The notes beneath the pieces are model-generated. The model had not been told where the DNA came from and did no database searches. It worked only from the letters and a program-made list of their open reading frames with translations. A stretch of DNA of 25,902 nt, taken from the IMG/VR virus record IMGVR_UViG_3300048631_000255, positions 1-25,902 of that record, one strand, 5' to 3'. Position numbers and translations under genes: made by a program. Position 1 is the stretch's first letter. Every line of letters begins with the position of its first letter. Positions 1 to 8,761 of this stretch are shown one piece after another. Source of the stretch: a virus. Lineage: Duplodnaviria; Caudoviricetes.

Positions 1-17
1 AGATAACCGCTCAAGAG

Positions 18-1445
18 ATGCAAGAGAACGGTGTAGCTCAGTTCTTTTTAGATAACCCAACTAAGAAATTTACACAGAAAGAAGTTTTAGATCTTATAGA
101 AAGCAAAAGACTTAAGACTAATCCAGACTTAAGGTCCGATATAGGCAGTCCGTTAAAAATGCCTGATGAGTTTGTAAAGAGCTTCCAAACAAAGAAAGGA
201 TGGACAAACGTTAATTATCAAGAGGTTGATCAAGCTCGCGCATTGAGTGATTTTGTTGTACCGGGTCAGTCGTTAGCTACTATTAGAAAAATGGCTGAGA
301 ATGGCGTGATCGTTAAAACGGAATTTACACCTGAAGGCGCTGCCGGAAGCGCAGGCTATGGCTCATTTAAAATCTACCACAATCAAGATGCAGACACCTA
401 CATTGTAGAAACTCCTGACGGGGCTAGACGCTGGAATAGAGATCCAGAGCAAATTCAAGAGTTTATTTATGAAACTGATACATTCCTGCCAGCAGGGGAC
501 AGAATAACAAACACTAAGAATTGGGCACACGCACAACCAGGTACAGATTTAGCAACCTACGGTGAAGATATTATGCGGTTTGATGACAAGCAGCTTGGCC
601 TGTTGGGTACGAATATGGTTTATGGGACAAACGCGCATTACGGAAGAAGCGGACCTTTCGCTAGATTTAATCTAACTAAAGATGCGGATGGCAATAAAGT
701 TCTTCATACTCAAGAAATGCAATATGATATGAAATCCTCAAGAAGAAAAGCAGGAGCAGAGTTAAAGGCATACGATGAGGGATTAGAATATTTAAAAGAA
801 TTAGAGGGGAAGAAGGACTTAACTAAATTTGAATACGAGCAAATGAGAAATATTCAGAACTCCATAGCTCGCAAAAACGATGCTAATATCGTTGATGTAA
901 ATATGCAACAGAAACAACTAAACTTTGATTCAGTTAAAGATACGAAGGTCCCTTTAGGAGGGGGTAAGAATCAATTCCTTACATCTACAATATATAACTC
1001 TATAGAGAATGCTATTAAGAACGGAGTGACAAGACTTACTTTCCCTACCTCCCGAACAAGCTTAGATATGAGTAACCCTGGGCTAGGCGGAAGCGGTTTG
1101 ACCAAGATGGACGGAAAAACTCCAGAAGGCTACAAAGGATATTTGAAAACAGATACGGAATTAGAAACAGTAGAGGCTAAGGGCGAATGGACAAAGCCTA
1201 TAATGAATGAAAAAGGACTCCAACAAGTTTATGATATAGATCTACCCATCCAATTACAGAAGATCATTGATAAGTTTAATCTTAAGAGCGGTAAAACTAC
1301 AATTGAGTACGGCCCTAAGAATAAGCCGATAACACGAGAGGTGCCTTATATTGATATTACTCCGGAATTGATTGAAGAGATATTACTTAAAGGTAAGCCT
1401 TTATACTCAAAGAAAAAAGAAAAAGGATTACTAGATTACGCATAA
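18..1445 (+). CDS. Large polyvalent-type internal virion protein, probably 5'-truncated
   Basis: Frame is open back to position 3. Motif series ARF..KVLHTQEMQYD..AIKNGVTRLTFP..GLQQVYD..LP..IDITPEL..GKPLYS resembles the 'IEEIQSD' domain of large phage internal proteins. Ends in KGLLDYA. Confidence 0.55.
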   Translation: MQENGVAQFFLDNPTKKFTQKEVLDLIESKRLKTNPDLRSDIGSPLKMPDEFVKSFQTKKGWTNVNYQEVDQARALSDFVVPGQSLATIRKMAENGVIVKTEFTPEGAAGSAGYGSFKIYHNQDADTYIVETPDGARRWNRDPEQIQEFIYETDTFLPAGDRITNTKNWAHAQPGTDLATYGEDIMRFDDKQLGLLGTNMVYGTNAHYGRSGPFARFNLTKDADGNKVLHTQEMQYDMKSSRRKAGAELKAYDEGLEYLKELEGKKDLTKFEYEQMRNIQNSIARKNDANIVDVNMQQKQLNFDSVKDTKVPLGGGKNQFLTSTIYNSIENAIKNGVTRLTFPTSRTSLDMSNPGLGGSGLTKMDGKTPEGYKGYLKTDTELETVEAKGEWTKPIMNEKGLQQVYDIDLPIQLQKIIDKFNLKSGKTTIEYGPKNKPITREVPYIDITPELIEEILLKGKPLYSKKKEKGLLDYA

Positions 1446-1453
1446 ATAATTAA

Positions 1454-1461
1454 GGTATAAT
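1454..1461 (+). promoter_or_regulatory. Candidate -10 element GGTATAAT for the adaptor/tail block
   Basis: TATAAT at 1456-1461 in the 22-nt intergenic gap, 6 nt before ATG 1468; no clear -35. Confidence 0.5.
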
Positions 1462-1467
1462 AAAGTT

Positions 1468-2097
1468 ATGGCTATAAATACGTTTACAAACCTTAAGTCT
1501 GCAATCGCGGATTTTCTTAATCGAGACGACTTAACTTCTGCAATTGAAAATTTCATTGCATTAACAGAATCTCAAATAAACCGAGATGTTCGGCATTGGA
1601 AGATGGAGACACGTTCCAGTGGACAACAAAGCGCAGGTGATGAATATTCACAAGTCCCGAACAATTGGATGGAGACGATTAGATTTCATGTAACAGATAA
1701 TGGAACTTCACCACTCGATCTAATGTCGAGAAAAGCAATGGAAGATAAGCGAGCAGGTGCGGAAGATACTACCGGTACACCTAGATACTATACACATGCA
1801 GATGGGCAATTCCAGTTATATCCAACCCCCTCGGCAGAAACGAACACAGAATTACTATACTATGCTAAACCAACGGCACTAAGTTCAAGTAATGCTGATA
1901 ATTGGCTTTTACTAGAAGCACCTGATGTATATCTCTATGGAGCGTTATTACATTCAGCACCGTATCTAGGCGAAGACGAGAGGCTTGTTATATGGGCGCA
2001 AATGTATGGCGCAGCAGTAACACAATTAAATCAATCGTCTGAAAAAGCTAGATATAGCGGATCGGGCTTAACACTTAAAATACGAGGCTTAGGTTAG
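1468..2097 (+). CDS. Head-tail adaptor / tail tubular A-like protein
   Basis: MAINTFTNLKSAIADFLNRDDL, GTPRYY, LYPTP, NWLL..APDVYLYGAL are typical of podovirus adaptor proteins. Confidence 0.8.
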   Translation: MAINTFTNLKSAIADFLNRDDLTSAIENFIALTESQINRDVRHWKMETRSSGQQSAGDEYSQVPNNWMETIRFHVTDNGTSPLDLMSRKAMEDKRAGAEDTTGTPRYYTHADGQFQLYPTPSAETNTELLYYAKPTALSSSNADNWLLLEAPDVYLYGALLHSAPYLGEDERLVIWAQMYGAAVTQLNQSSEKARYSGSGLTLKIRGLG

Positions 2098-2115
2098 TCT
2101 CAATAGGAGAAAACA

Positions 2116-2505
2116 ATGTCATTTTCAAACTTTTTAGAAACAGAAATACTAGACCACGTATTTGCAGGTGCGGCTTACACTGCTCCAACAACTAAATACT
2201 TGGCTTTGTTCACAGCAGCACCAGGCGAGACAGGTGGTGGTACAGAAGTATCTACTTCAGGTACAGCTTACGCACGAGTATCAGTTGCATTTACTACAAC
2301 AGGTAACACTACATCAAACTCAGCAGCAGTTGAATATGCAACAGCAACAGGCTCAGGTTTTGGTACAGTAACTCACGTAGGTGTATTTGATGCTTCAACA
2401 TCAGGCAACCTAATGGCTTATGCAACATTAACGTCTTCTAAAGCAATTGCAGCAGGCGATGTGTTCCGTGTACCTACAGGTGACTTAGATATTACGCTAG
2501 ACTAA
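2116..2505 (+). CDS. Small virion tail-associated structural protein
   Basis: SNFLE..ILDH, YLALFTAAP, YARVSVAF, VTHVGVFDA..GN pattern of a widespread phage structural family; SD AGGAGA. Confidence 0.7.
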   Translation: MSFSNFLETEILDHVFAGAAYTAPTTKYLALFTAAPGETGGGTEVSTSGTAYARVSVAFTTTGNTTSNSAAVEYATATGSGFGTVTHVGVFDASTSGNLMAYATLTSSKAIAAGDVFRVPTGDLDITLD

Positions 2506-2526
2506 TAGTCCTACAAAGGGTTAATT

Positions 2527-3450
2527 ATGGCTTTTGAATATGGTGAATCGTATTATGGATTAAGGACTTTCGGTTCTAGTCTTGGTGAGGTAAAAGATGC
2601 TTCGGCTACGGCAACCTCTACGTCTAGTGTTCCTAATGTAAATTGGGAAGTTCATATTGGTAGTGGTCAATTAACCATAACCTCTACAACCTCAACTACT
2701 TGTTCAGGTGAGAGTTTCATACTTGAAGAGACAGATAAGTTTTCTTATGGCTCAGGCTTGTATGGTCTGAACGAATATACCCAAGGTGATTTACAAACCG
2801 TTGTAACTGCTACATCCTCTGCAACAGCATCATGTATTAAGATACGACTTGGTGAGGCAACAGTAAACGCAGTTTCTACTGTAAGCGCTAGTGCTAGAAG
2901 AGTTCCTGAAGGAAGTGCGCTTGTAAATGGTACATCCACCACAACAGCTAATACTACAGCTAATGGTGCAAGAGTAAGAGAAGCAAGTGCTATATCTAGT
3001 TCAACCTCTAGTTTATCTAACCCTAGTGCTACTAGAGTTAGAGAAGGATATGCTAACCCTTCTGCTAGTGCTACAATAACTGCAAACAGTGTATTCATTG
3101 TAAGTGGAAGTGCTACTGTAACTGCCTCAGCAACAATAGCAGCAATATGCAATAGGGTTAGATTTGGCTCAGGTACACCAACAGCCTCAGCATCGATAAC
3201 CGTATTAGGATATGCGATTAGAGGTGGCATTGCCTCAACGACAAGCACCGCATCAATAACATCAGATTCTGAGAAGATCTGGCAAGGAATCGCTATATCT
3301 TCTCCTATTGCAACAATTACAGCAACGTGCAATAGAGTACAACATTCAGGTGCAGCAATAAGTACAACATCAGGTACGTTGGCAGTAGGCAGAGAGAAGT
3401 GGGAAGTTATAGCACCAACATCAACTACTTGGACGGAGATAGCAGCATGA
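2527..3450 (+). CDS. Ala/Ser/Thr-rich repetitive virion (fibre/whisker-like) protein
   Basis: Imperfect ~20-aa repeats punctuated by RVR/RIR; two YGxxxYG motifs; C-terminal REKWE...TWTE. Confidence 0.65.
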   Translation: MAFEYGESYYGLRTFGSSLGEVKDASATATSTSSVPNVNWEVHIGSGQLTITSTTSTTCSGESFILEETDKFSYGSGLYGLNEYTQGDLQTVVTATSSATASCIKIRLGEATVNAVSTVSASARRVPEGSALVNGTSTTTANTTANGARVREASAISSSTSSLSNPSATRVREGYANPSASATITANSVFIVSGSATVTASATIAAICNRVRFGSGTPTASASITVLGYAIRGGIASTTSTASITSDSEKIWQGIAISSPIATITATCNRVQHSGAAISTTSGTLAVGREKWEVIAPTSTTWTEIAA

Positions 3451-4925
3451 GTTTAATACCACTACAAATACCACCGGGCATTCATAGAAACGGTACAGAT
3501 TTTGAATCATCTAATAGATGGAGAGATGCTAGTTTAGTTAGATGGCATGACGGTTCTATGCGCCCTGTGGGCGGATGGACTGTTAGAAAAACCTCAGCAT
3601 TTGCATCAGCACCTAGAGCAATGATTTCATGGGAGGATAATACGGGGGGGACTAATCTAGTAGCAGGAACGTATAACAAACTATATTATGTTAATGTGTC
3701 TCACACAGTAAGTGATATCACTCCTTCCGGATTAACAGTAGGAGATTTAAGTGCCTCACTTAATGTTGGCTATGGTGGTGGTTTCTACAGTAATGATAAT
3801 TATGGCGTAGCTACAACATCCTCAGGTGTATATTCCGAAGCAACAACATGGGCATTAGATACATGGGGCGAATATCTATTAGCTTGTTCATCCAAAGACG
3901 GTAAGATTTATGAATGGCAATTAAACACATCAGTCTTACCAACAGCATTAACGAACGCGCCTGTCTCTAATAACTCTATGCTAGTTACAGAAGAAAGATT
4001 TGTCTTTGCACTAGGTGCAGGTGGAAATCCACGTAAAGTAGCTTGGTGTGATAGAGAAAACAACACATCATGGACTGCAGCAGCAACAAACGAGGCAGGT
4101 GACTTCGAGCTACAAACACAAGGCCAAATTATGTGTGGGATTCGCATGAGAGGCAGAACACTTATATTGACAGATCAAGACGCACACATTGCATCATATT
4201 CAGGACCACCATTTGTATATGGATTTGAAAGGGTTGGTACAGCTTGTGGTATTGCTTCAAGAAAAGCTATTGTGGCTGTAGATGAAGGCGCATTTTGGAT
4301 GGGGCACAAAGGCTTCTATACATTTAACGGTTCAGTGGCTACAGAGATTAATTGTGATGTTTTAGATTATGTTTTCGATGATATTAACCGAAATCAAATT
4401 AGTAAAGCCTACGCAGTTCATAATTCACAGCATGGAGAGGTATGGTTCTTCTACCCTTCAGGCTCTTCTACAGAGAACGACAGGTATGTGTCTTTAGATT
4501 ATAAAGAAAGTCATTGGTCTACAGGAACATTGGATAGAACAGCAGCTATTGACAGAGGCGTCTTTTCTAATCCTATTTGGTGTGATGGTAGTGGTGATTT
4601 GTACAACCATGAAACAGGCCATACGCATGGTTCTGTTAAACCTTATGCTGAGTCAGGACCTATTAGTTTAGGTAATGGTGATACAATAATGAAAGTAAAC
4701 AATCTTATCCCTGACGAAATAACACAAGGTGAAGTTAAGGTTACATTTAAGACACGATTCTATCCTAATGCAGCAGAAACAACACATGGACCGTATACCC
4801 TGACAAATCCTACAGACGTTAGATTCACAGGAAGACAGGTTAGAGTGAAGGTAGAAGGTGTGGGTAATACTGATTGGCGTTCAGGCATTATGAGGATTGA
4901 AGCTAGATCTGGCGGTAGAAGATGA
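3447..4925 (+). CDS. Tail nozzle / DNA stabilisation protein (P22 gp10 / tubular B-like)
   Basis: Start reassigned to ATG 3447 (ATGA overlap, GGAG at 3435-3438): MSLIPLQIPPG. Beta-propeller-like W/G motifs (VAWCDREN, YSGPPFVYGF, EVWFFYPS), C-terminal RFTGRQ. Confidence 0.75.
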   Translation: MSLIPLQIPPGIHRNGTDFESSNRWRDASLVRWHDGSMRPVGGWTVRKTSAFASAPRAMISWEDNTGGTNLVAGTYNKLYYVNVSHTVSDITPSGLTVGDLSASLNVGYGGGFYSNDNYGVATTSSGVYSEATTWALDTWGEYLLACSSKDGKIYEWQLNTSVLPTALTNAPVSNNSMLVTEERFVFALGAGGNPRKVAWCDRENNTSWTAAATNEAGDFELQTQGQIMCGIRMRGRTLILTDQDAHIASYSGPPFVYGFERVGTACGIASRKAIVAVDEGAFWMGHKGFYTFNGSVATEINCDVLDYVFDDINRNQISKAYAVHNSQHGEVWFFYPSGSSTENDRYVSLDYKESHWSTGTLDRTAAIDRGVFSNPIWCDGSGDLYNHETGHTHGSVKPYAESGPISLGNGDTIMKVNNLIPDEITQGEVKVTFKTRFYPNAAETTHGPYTLTNPTDVRFTGRQVRVKVEGVGNTDWRSGIMRIEARSGGRR

Positions 4926-5131
4926 TTAAGCCTCCTCCACCTTTAGGTACTGATTGGAAGAACTGGGGTGAACGACTTGTTTCTTACTTGACTACTAATA
5001 CTGACAAATTAAGATACTTAACGTCAGGTGACTCAGCAGCAGAAGATGGCATCTTGATGTGGGATAGAGCTAACCAAACACTAGTCGTTTCTAAAAGCGG
5101 TGTCTGGGTAAAAGTTAAATTAGATCCATGA
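4922..5131 (+). CDS. Small hypothetical virion protein
   Basis: ATGA-coupled on both sides, 69 aa; DGILMWD..LVVSKSGVW. Confidence 0.65.
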   Translation: MIKPPPPLGTDWKNWGERLVSYLTTNTDKLRYLTSGDSAAEDGILMWDRANQTLVVSKSGVWVKVKLDP

Positions 5132-5493
5132 TTATACCTGAAGAAATATTAAGATGTAGAGACTGGATTGAATCAGCTCTAAAGAAGGGCGGAGGTACAC
5201 ACAGTTTTCTTGATGTTGTAGAAGGTATTTTAAGTGGTCACATGCAATTATGGCCAGGTAAAGAAGGATGTGCAGTAACGGAGATCGTGGTTTATCCTAA
5301 CAAAAGAGTCTTGCATGTTTTCCTCGCCGCAGGCAAGCTTGAACAAATTACAAATATGCATTCCGACGCGGTAGAATGGGGTAAAGGGCAGGGGTGCGAA
5401 GGCATGACACTCGTGGGACGAAAAGGCTGGAAAAAAGTACTAGGAGATAAGGGTTGGGAAGAACAACACACAGTTTTAGCAAAGGAGTTTTAA
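5128..5493 (+). CDS. GNAT-like small protein of the tail/ejection module
   Basis: AVTEIVVYP..LHVFLAAG and GC..MTLVGRKGW motifs; typical position between nozzle and ejection genes. Confidence 0.6.
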   Translation: MIIPEEILRCRDWIESALKKGGGTHSFLDVVEGILSGHMQLWPGKEGCAVTEIVVYPNKRVLHVFLAAGKLEQITNMHSDAVEWGKGQGCEGMTLVGRKGWKKVLGDKGWEEQHTVLAKEF

Positions 5494-5862
5494 ATGAGTA
5501 GCAAAGGCGGAAGTACAAACCAATGGACAGATATACCAGATTGGGTTAAAGACCCCACGGTAAGAAACATAGCCAGGGCGGAAGATGTTCAAAACATCGG
5601 GTATATGCCTTGGCAAGGACCGGATATTGCAGCAATCAACCCGAATCAGCAAGCAGCAATGCAAGCTAATATCGGTGCAGCGGAAGCCTTTGGTTTAATG
5701 CCAACAGGATCATTAACACCAATGCAGGGTATGCCCGCACCAACAACTTATGCAGACGGAACGCAAGGTTATTCAGGTATGCCTCTTTTTGAACAAGCTA
5801 AAGCCGATTTAGCAGCAAGTCAACCAGGCGACGTAGCTAAATATGACGCTTTATATTCTTAG
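5494..5862 (+). CDS. Putative internal virion/ejection protein
   Basis: N-terminal SSKGGST..IPDW, Q/A-rich; SD AAGGAG. Confidence 0.55.
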   Translation: MSSKGGSTNQWTDIPDWVKDPTVRNIARAEDVQNIGYMPWQGPDIAAINPNQQAAMQANIGAAEAFGLMPTGSLTPMQGMPAPTTYADGTQGYSGMPLFEQAKADLAASQPGDVAKYDALYS

Positions 5863-5871
5863 GAGATAATT

Positions 5872-6855
5872 ATGGCAGGTGGACCACAACCAGGCGGGAT
5901 TACAACTAATCCGAACATTAATCAATTAGCTGCTCAAGGCATCGCCGGGTCGGGAATAGGCTCTGCAGCAGGTATGGGGTATAACCCTAACTCTGTTACA
6001 GCAGGTCAATTAGCCGGCAACGATATGTCCGCTTACATGAACCCTTATACTCAACAAGTTATTGATACTAATCAATCAGATATTTTAAGAGGTGCGGATA
6101 TTGGGATGGACGCCTTAGGAGCACAAGCTCAAGGCGCTTCTGCCTTCGGTGGAGCTAGACATGGTATTGCCATGGGCGAAATAGGACGTAATACATTAGA
6201 TCAACTCGCTAGATCTTCAGCAGGATTAAGACAGCAAGGTTATCAACAAGCACAACAAGCAGGGTTATCCGATATTAGTAATAAAATGGCAGCAGATCAA
6301 TTCAATGTGCAATCTGGATTACAAGGCGCACAACAAAGATTAGGTGCAGCAGGTCAATTAGCAAACATATCAAATCTAGGTTTTGGCATGGGACAACAAG
6401 TTACAAATAACTTAGCTATGCAAGGTGCACAACAACAAGCAATGCAACAAGCATTAATTGATTCAGGTAAAAGTAGATATGAAGGTTATGTTGGACATCC
6501 TGGGCAAGGCCTGGCTTACCCAACTGCTGCACTAGGTGCTTCTCCTGTTCCTACATCTACAACGAAATCGAGAGATCCAGGTTTATTCGATTATCTAACT
6601 CTTGCAGCTACTGCAGCAGGACCAATAATGGCAGCATCTGATCTAAGACTTAAAACAAATATCACGAGATTAGGTAAGCTTAAATCCGGCTTAAATATTT
6701 ATCAATGGGATTGGAAGGAAGGCGCTAAAGAGTTTGGTGCTGATATGAATCATACAATAGGCGTAATTGCACAAGAGGTTAAAGAATTATTCCCTAAAGC
6801 AGTTATGAAGATGGATAACGGCTATTATGCTGTTGATTATGCACAACTAAGGTAA
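5872..6855 (+). CDS. Gly/Gln/Ala-rich ejection (pilot-like) protein with C-terminal intramolecular chaperone (peptidase S74) domain
   Basis: YMNPY..QVID, AFGGARHG, QQGYQQA. From nt 6637: SDLRLKTNI..IYQWDW..GVIAQEV..P.AV..YYAVDY. Confidence 0.75.
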   Translation: MAGGPQPGGITTNPNINQLAAQGIAGSGIGSAAGMGYNPNSVTAGQLAGNDMSAYMNPYTQQVIDTNQSDILRGADIGMDALGAQAQGASAFGGARHGIAMGEIGRNTLDQLARSSAGLRQQGYQQAQQAGLSDISNKMAADQFNVQSGLQGAQQRLGAAGQLANISNLGFGMGQQVTNNLAMQGAQQQAMQQALIDSGKSRYEGYVGHPGQGLAYPTAALGASPVPTSTTKSRDPGLFDYLTLAATAAGPIMAASDLRLKTNITRLGKLKSGLNIYQWDWKEGAKEFGADMNHTIGVIAQEVKELFPKAVMKMDNGYYAVDYAQLR

Positions 6856-6857
6856 AT

Positions 6858-7418
6858 ATGGCTCAACATGATGAGGCGTTCAGTGATTACTATAAGTCCA
6901 TGGCAGATCTTGGTTATAGTCAACTTGAGGCTGCTAATAAGTTAGCAGCCCAATATGATATTGAGCCCATCGAACCTTTAGAAGGTCTTGATGAAACGAA
7001 ATCATTCCTTGGTAAAGACCACAACTGGAACGACGGCTCTTCTCCTGTAGTTTACGGGGATCAACCTGTAGTAGAACCAATAGCAGATAATTCAACGAAT
7101 CTACCGGATAATTGGTTTACTAATTTAGGACCGGGTGGACTAATGGACACTGTTGCACAGCATTATGTTCCTGCTTTTGGCATTATGCGGAACCTTGATG
7201 CTATGACCGACGATACCAAACGTCCGGGTACGTTATTTGGGATTTGGGATAAAGTGAGCAACTGGTATGATACAGAAGATCCTTTGGGTCTGCTTGGTAC
7301 GACAGAGAATTCAGGATTATTCGACGAAGCGCCTTGGGACGAAGGAAGTTATACCTCTGTCCCAGGAGGTTATAGTTATGGAACAATTGATGGTATCGGG
7401 GTAGAAGACCCTAACTAG
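6858..7418 (+). CDS. Acidic hypothetical protein in the ejection gene block
   Basis: 186-aa ORF tightly packed between ejection-like genes; several GL[LMF][DG] motifs. Confidence 0.6.
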   Translation: MAQHDEAFSDYYKSMADLGYSQLEAANKLAAQYDIEPIEPLEGLDETKSFLGKDHNWNDGSSPVVYGDQPVVEPIADNSTNLPDNWFTNLGPGGLMDTVAQHYVPAFGIMRNLDAMTDDTKRPGTLFGIWDKVSNWYDTEDPLGLLGTTENSGLFDEAPWDEGSYTSVPGGYSYGTIDGIGVEDPN

Positions 7419-7426
7419 GAGAAATT

Positions 7427-8761
7427 ATGGCAAGAATTGATGATATTTTACAAAGCTTAGGCGGATTATTAGGCATGGGAGGAGAAGATAAACAAAACCA
7501 AGCCATGTCTTTAGGTCAGGGCCTAATCGGAGGTCAAGGACCTTATGAAGAATTAGATTCCTTTAATTTTTCTCAACCTGTTAATGTGCAACCGGTAGAT
7601 CCTCTTATGCAAGACTTTAAAAAGTCACAGGATTTCTCGATGACAGACCCTGATGCTACTGCTGGTGAGGTTATCACCGGACACCCCTCGTTAGTCGACC
7701 CTGATGTAGAAATAGCCCCTGACCGCCGCACAGATAAGGACAAGCTTTCCATCTTAGATGCAGCAACAAGAGCGAAGGTCTTAGCTGGTGATTTAACATT
7801 AGCCGACGCAATAGCCCCACCGGGAGAGTTTTTAAAAGGCCCCGACGGTCAAATGCAAACTCTTTTGAAGAAATCTAAAGACTTAAAGGGTAAAGATAAG
7901 GAAGGATTTCTAAAGAAATTATTTAATAACAGAGAGTCTATGATTCAATTAGCTTTAGCTTTTAATACAATGAGATTAGAACCTGATGCAGGTCTTGCTA
8001 AAGCATTAGGTACAGAATTAGCCTCTATACGTAAAAATAGCGCAAAGAGTAATCGAACATACGAGATACTTAAAAAGACGCACCCTAAGCTTTATGCAAT
8101 GGTTCAAAGCGGCGAGGTATCATTAAAAGAGGCAATTAATATTGCTAAACTTGAAAAACGGGATATTAATGTTGGCTCTATACCTAAAGACTATCAATTG
8201 ATTCAGAAAGACGGAAAATCTTATATGGAGGTTATCCCAGGAAGTAAAACAGCAAGAGAATTAGAAGCACAAGAAGGTCAACAGGTTCGTAAGATAGGAA
8301 GTCAACAAGATAAAACGAATCTTATCGGCAGTGAGGTTGATAAAGCGATCGAGATGCTTAGCTCAGAGGAATGGGCGTCAGGAGTTAAAGGCGCATTCGT
8401 TAGAGAACACGGAGGCTTCTTAGCAGCCTCAAGTCCTGCGATCAATTTAGAAGCGACAATTACTTCTATTAAGGCTAACATTGGTTTTGATAGATTACAA
8501 GTAATGCGAGAGGAATCACCTACCGGCGGTGCATTAGGTCAAGTGGCTGTTCAGGAATTAGTAGCATTACAAGCTACTCTTGGTAGTTTAGACCTTAGAC
8601 AAAGTCCAGAATTAGTCATTGCAACATTAAAGAACGTCAAAGCTACTTATGATAAAAACATGGCTATTGTCTTGCAACAATATGGTGCAGAAGAAATGAG
8701 GAAATACGGCGTTCCTGTACCAGGGGAACAAAATAACAATGATCCATTAGGAATTAGATAA
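7427..8761 (+). CDS. Putative DNA ejection / internal virion protein
   Basis: SD AGGAGA; C-terminal IKANIGFDRLQ.MREESPTGGALGQV..EL..LQ..LGSL; ends DPLGIR. Confidence 0.65.
   Translation: MARIDDILQSLGGLLGMGGEDKQNQAMSLGQGLIGGQGPYEELDSFNFSQPVNVQPVDPLMQDFKKSQDFSMTDPDATAGEVITGHPSLVDPDVEIAPDRRTDKDKLSILDAATRAKVLAGDLTLADAIAPPGEFLKGPDGQMQTLLKKSKDLKGKDKEGFLKKLFNNRESMIQLALAFNTMRLEPDAGLAKALGTELASIRKNSAKSNRTYEILKKTHPKLYAMVQSGEVSLKEAINIAKLEKRDINVGSIPKDYQLIQKDGKSYMEVIPGSKTARELEAQEGQQVRKIGSQQDKTNLIGSEVDKAIEMLSSEEWASGVKGAFVREHGGFLAASSPAINLEATITSIKANIGFDRLQVMREESPTGGALGQVAVQELVALQATLGSLDLRQSPELVIATLKNVKATYDKNMAIVLQQYGAEEMRKYGVPVPGEQNNNDPLGIR

Noticed and set aside
2162-2371. Gln/Leu-rich alternative-frame ORF
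   Set aside because: By-product of GCA/ACA codon bias in the overlapping structural gene
2745-3332. 195-aa minus-strand ORF, and similar antisense ORFs at 9591-10052, 10152-10478, 14021-14344, 17380-17748 and 22711-23082
   Set aside because: Shadows of real genes on the opposite strand; no SD or family motifs
3399-3446. Longest-ORF starts at 3399, 18638, 19123, 20378, 23123 and 24397
   Set aside because: Downstream starts (3447, 18668, 19183, 20390, 23105, 24316) fit SD position, stop/start overlaps or family N-termini better
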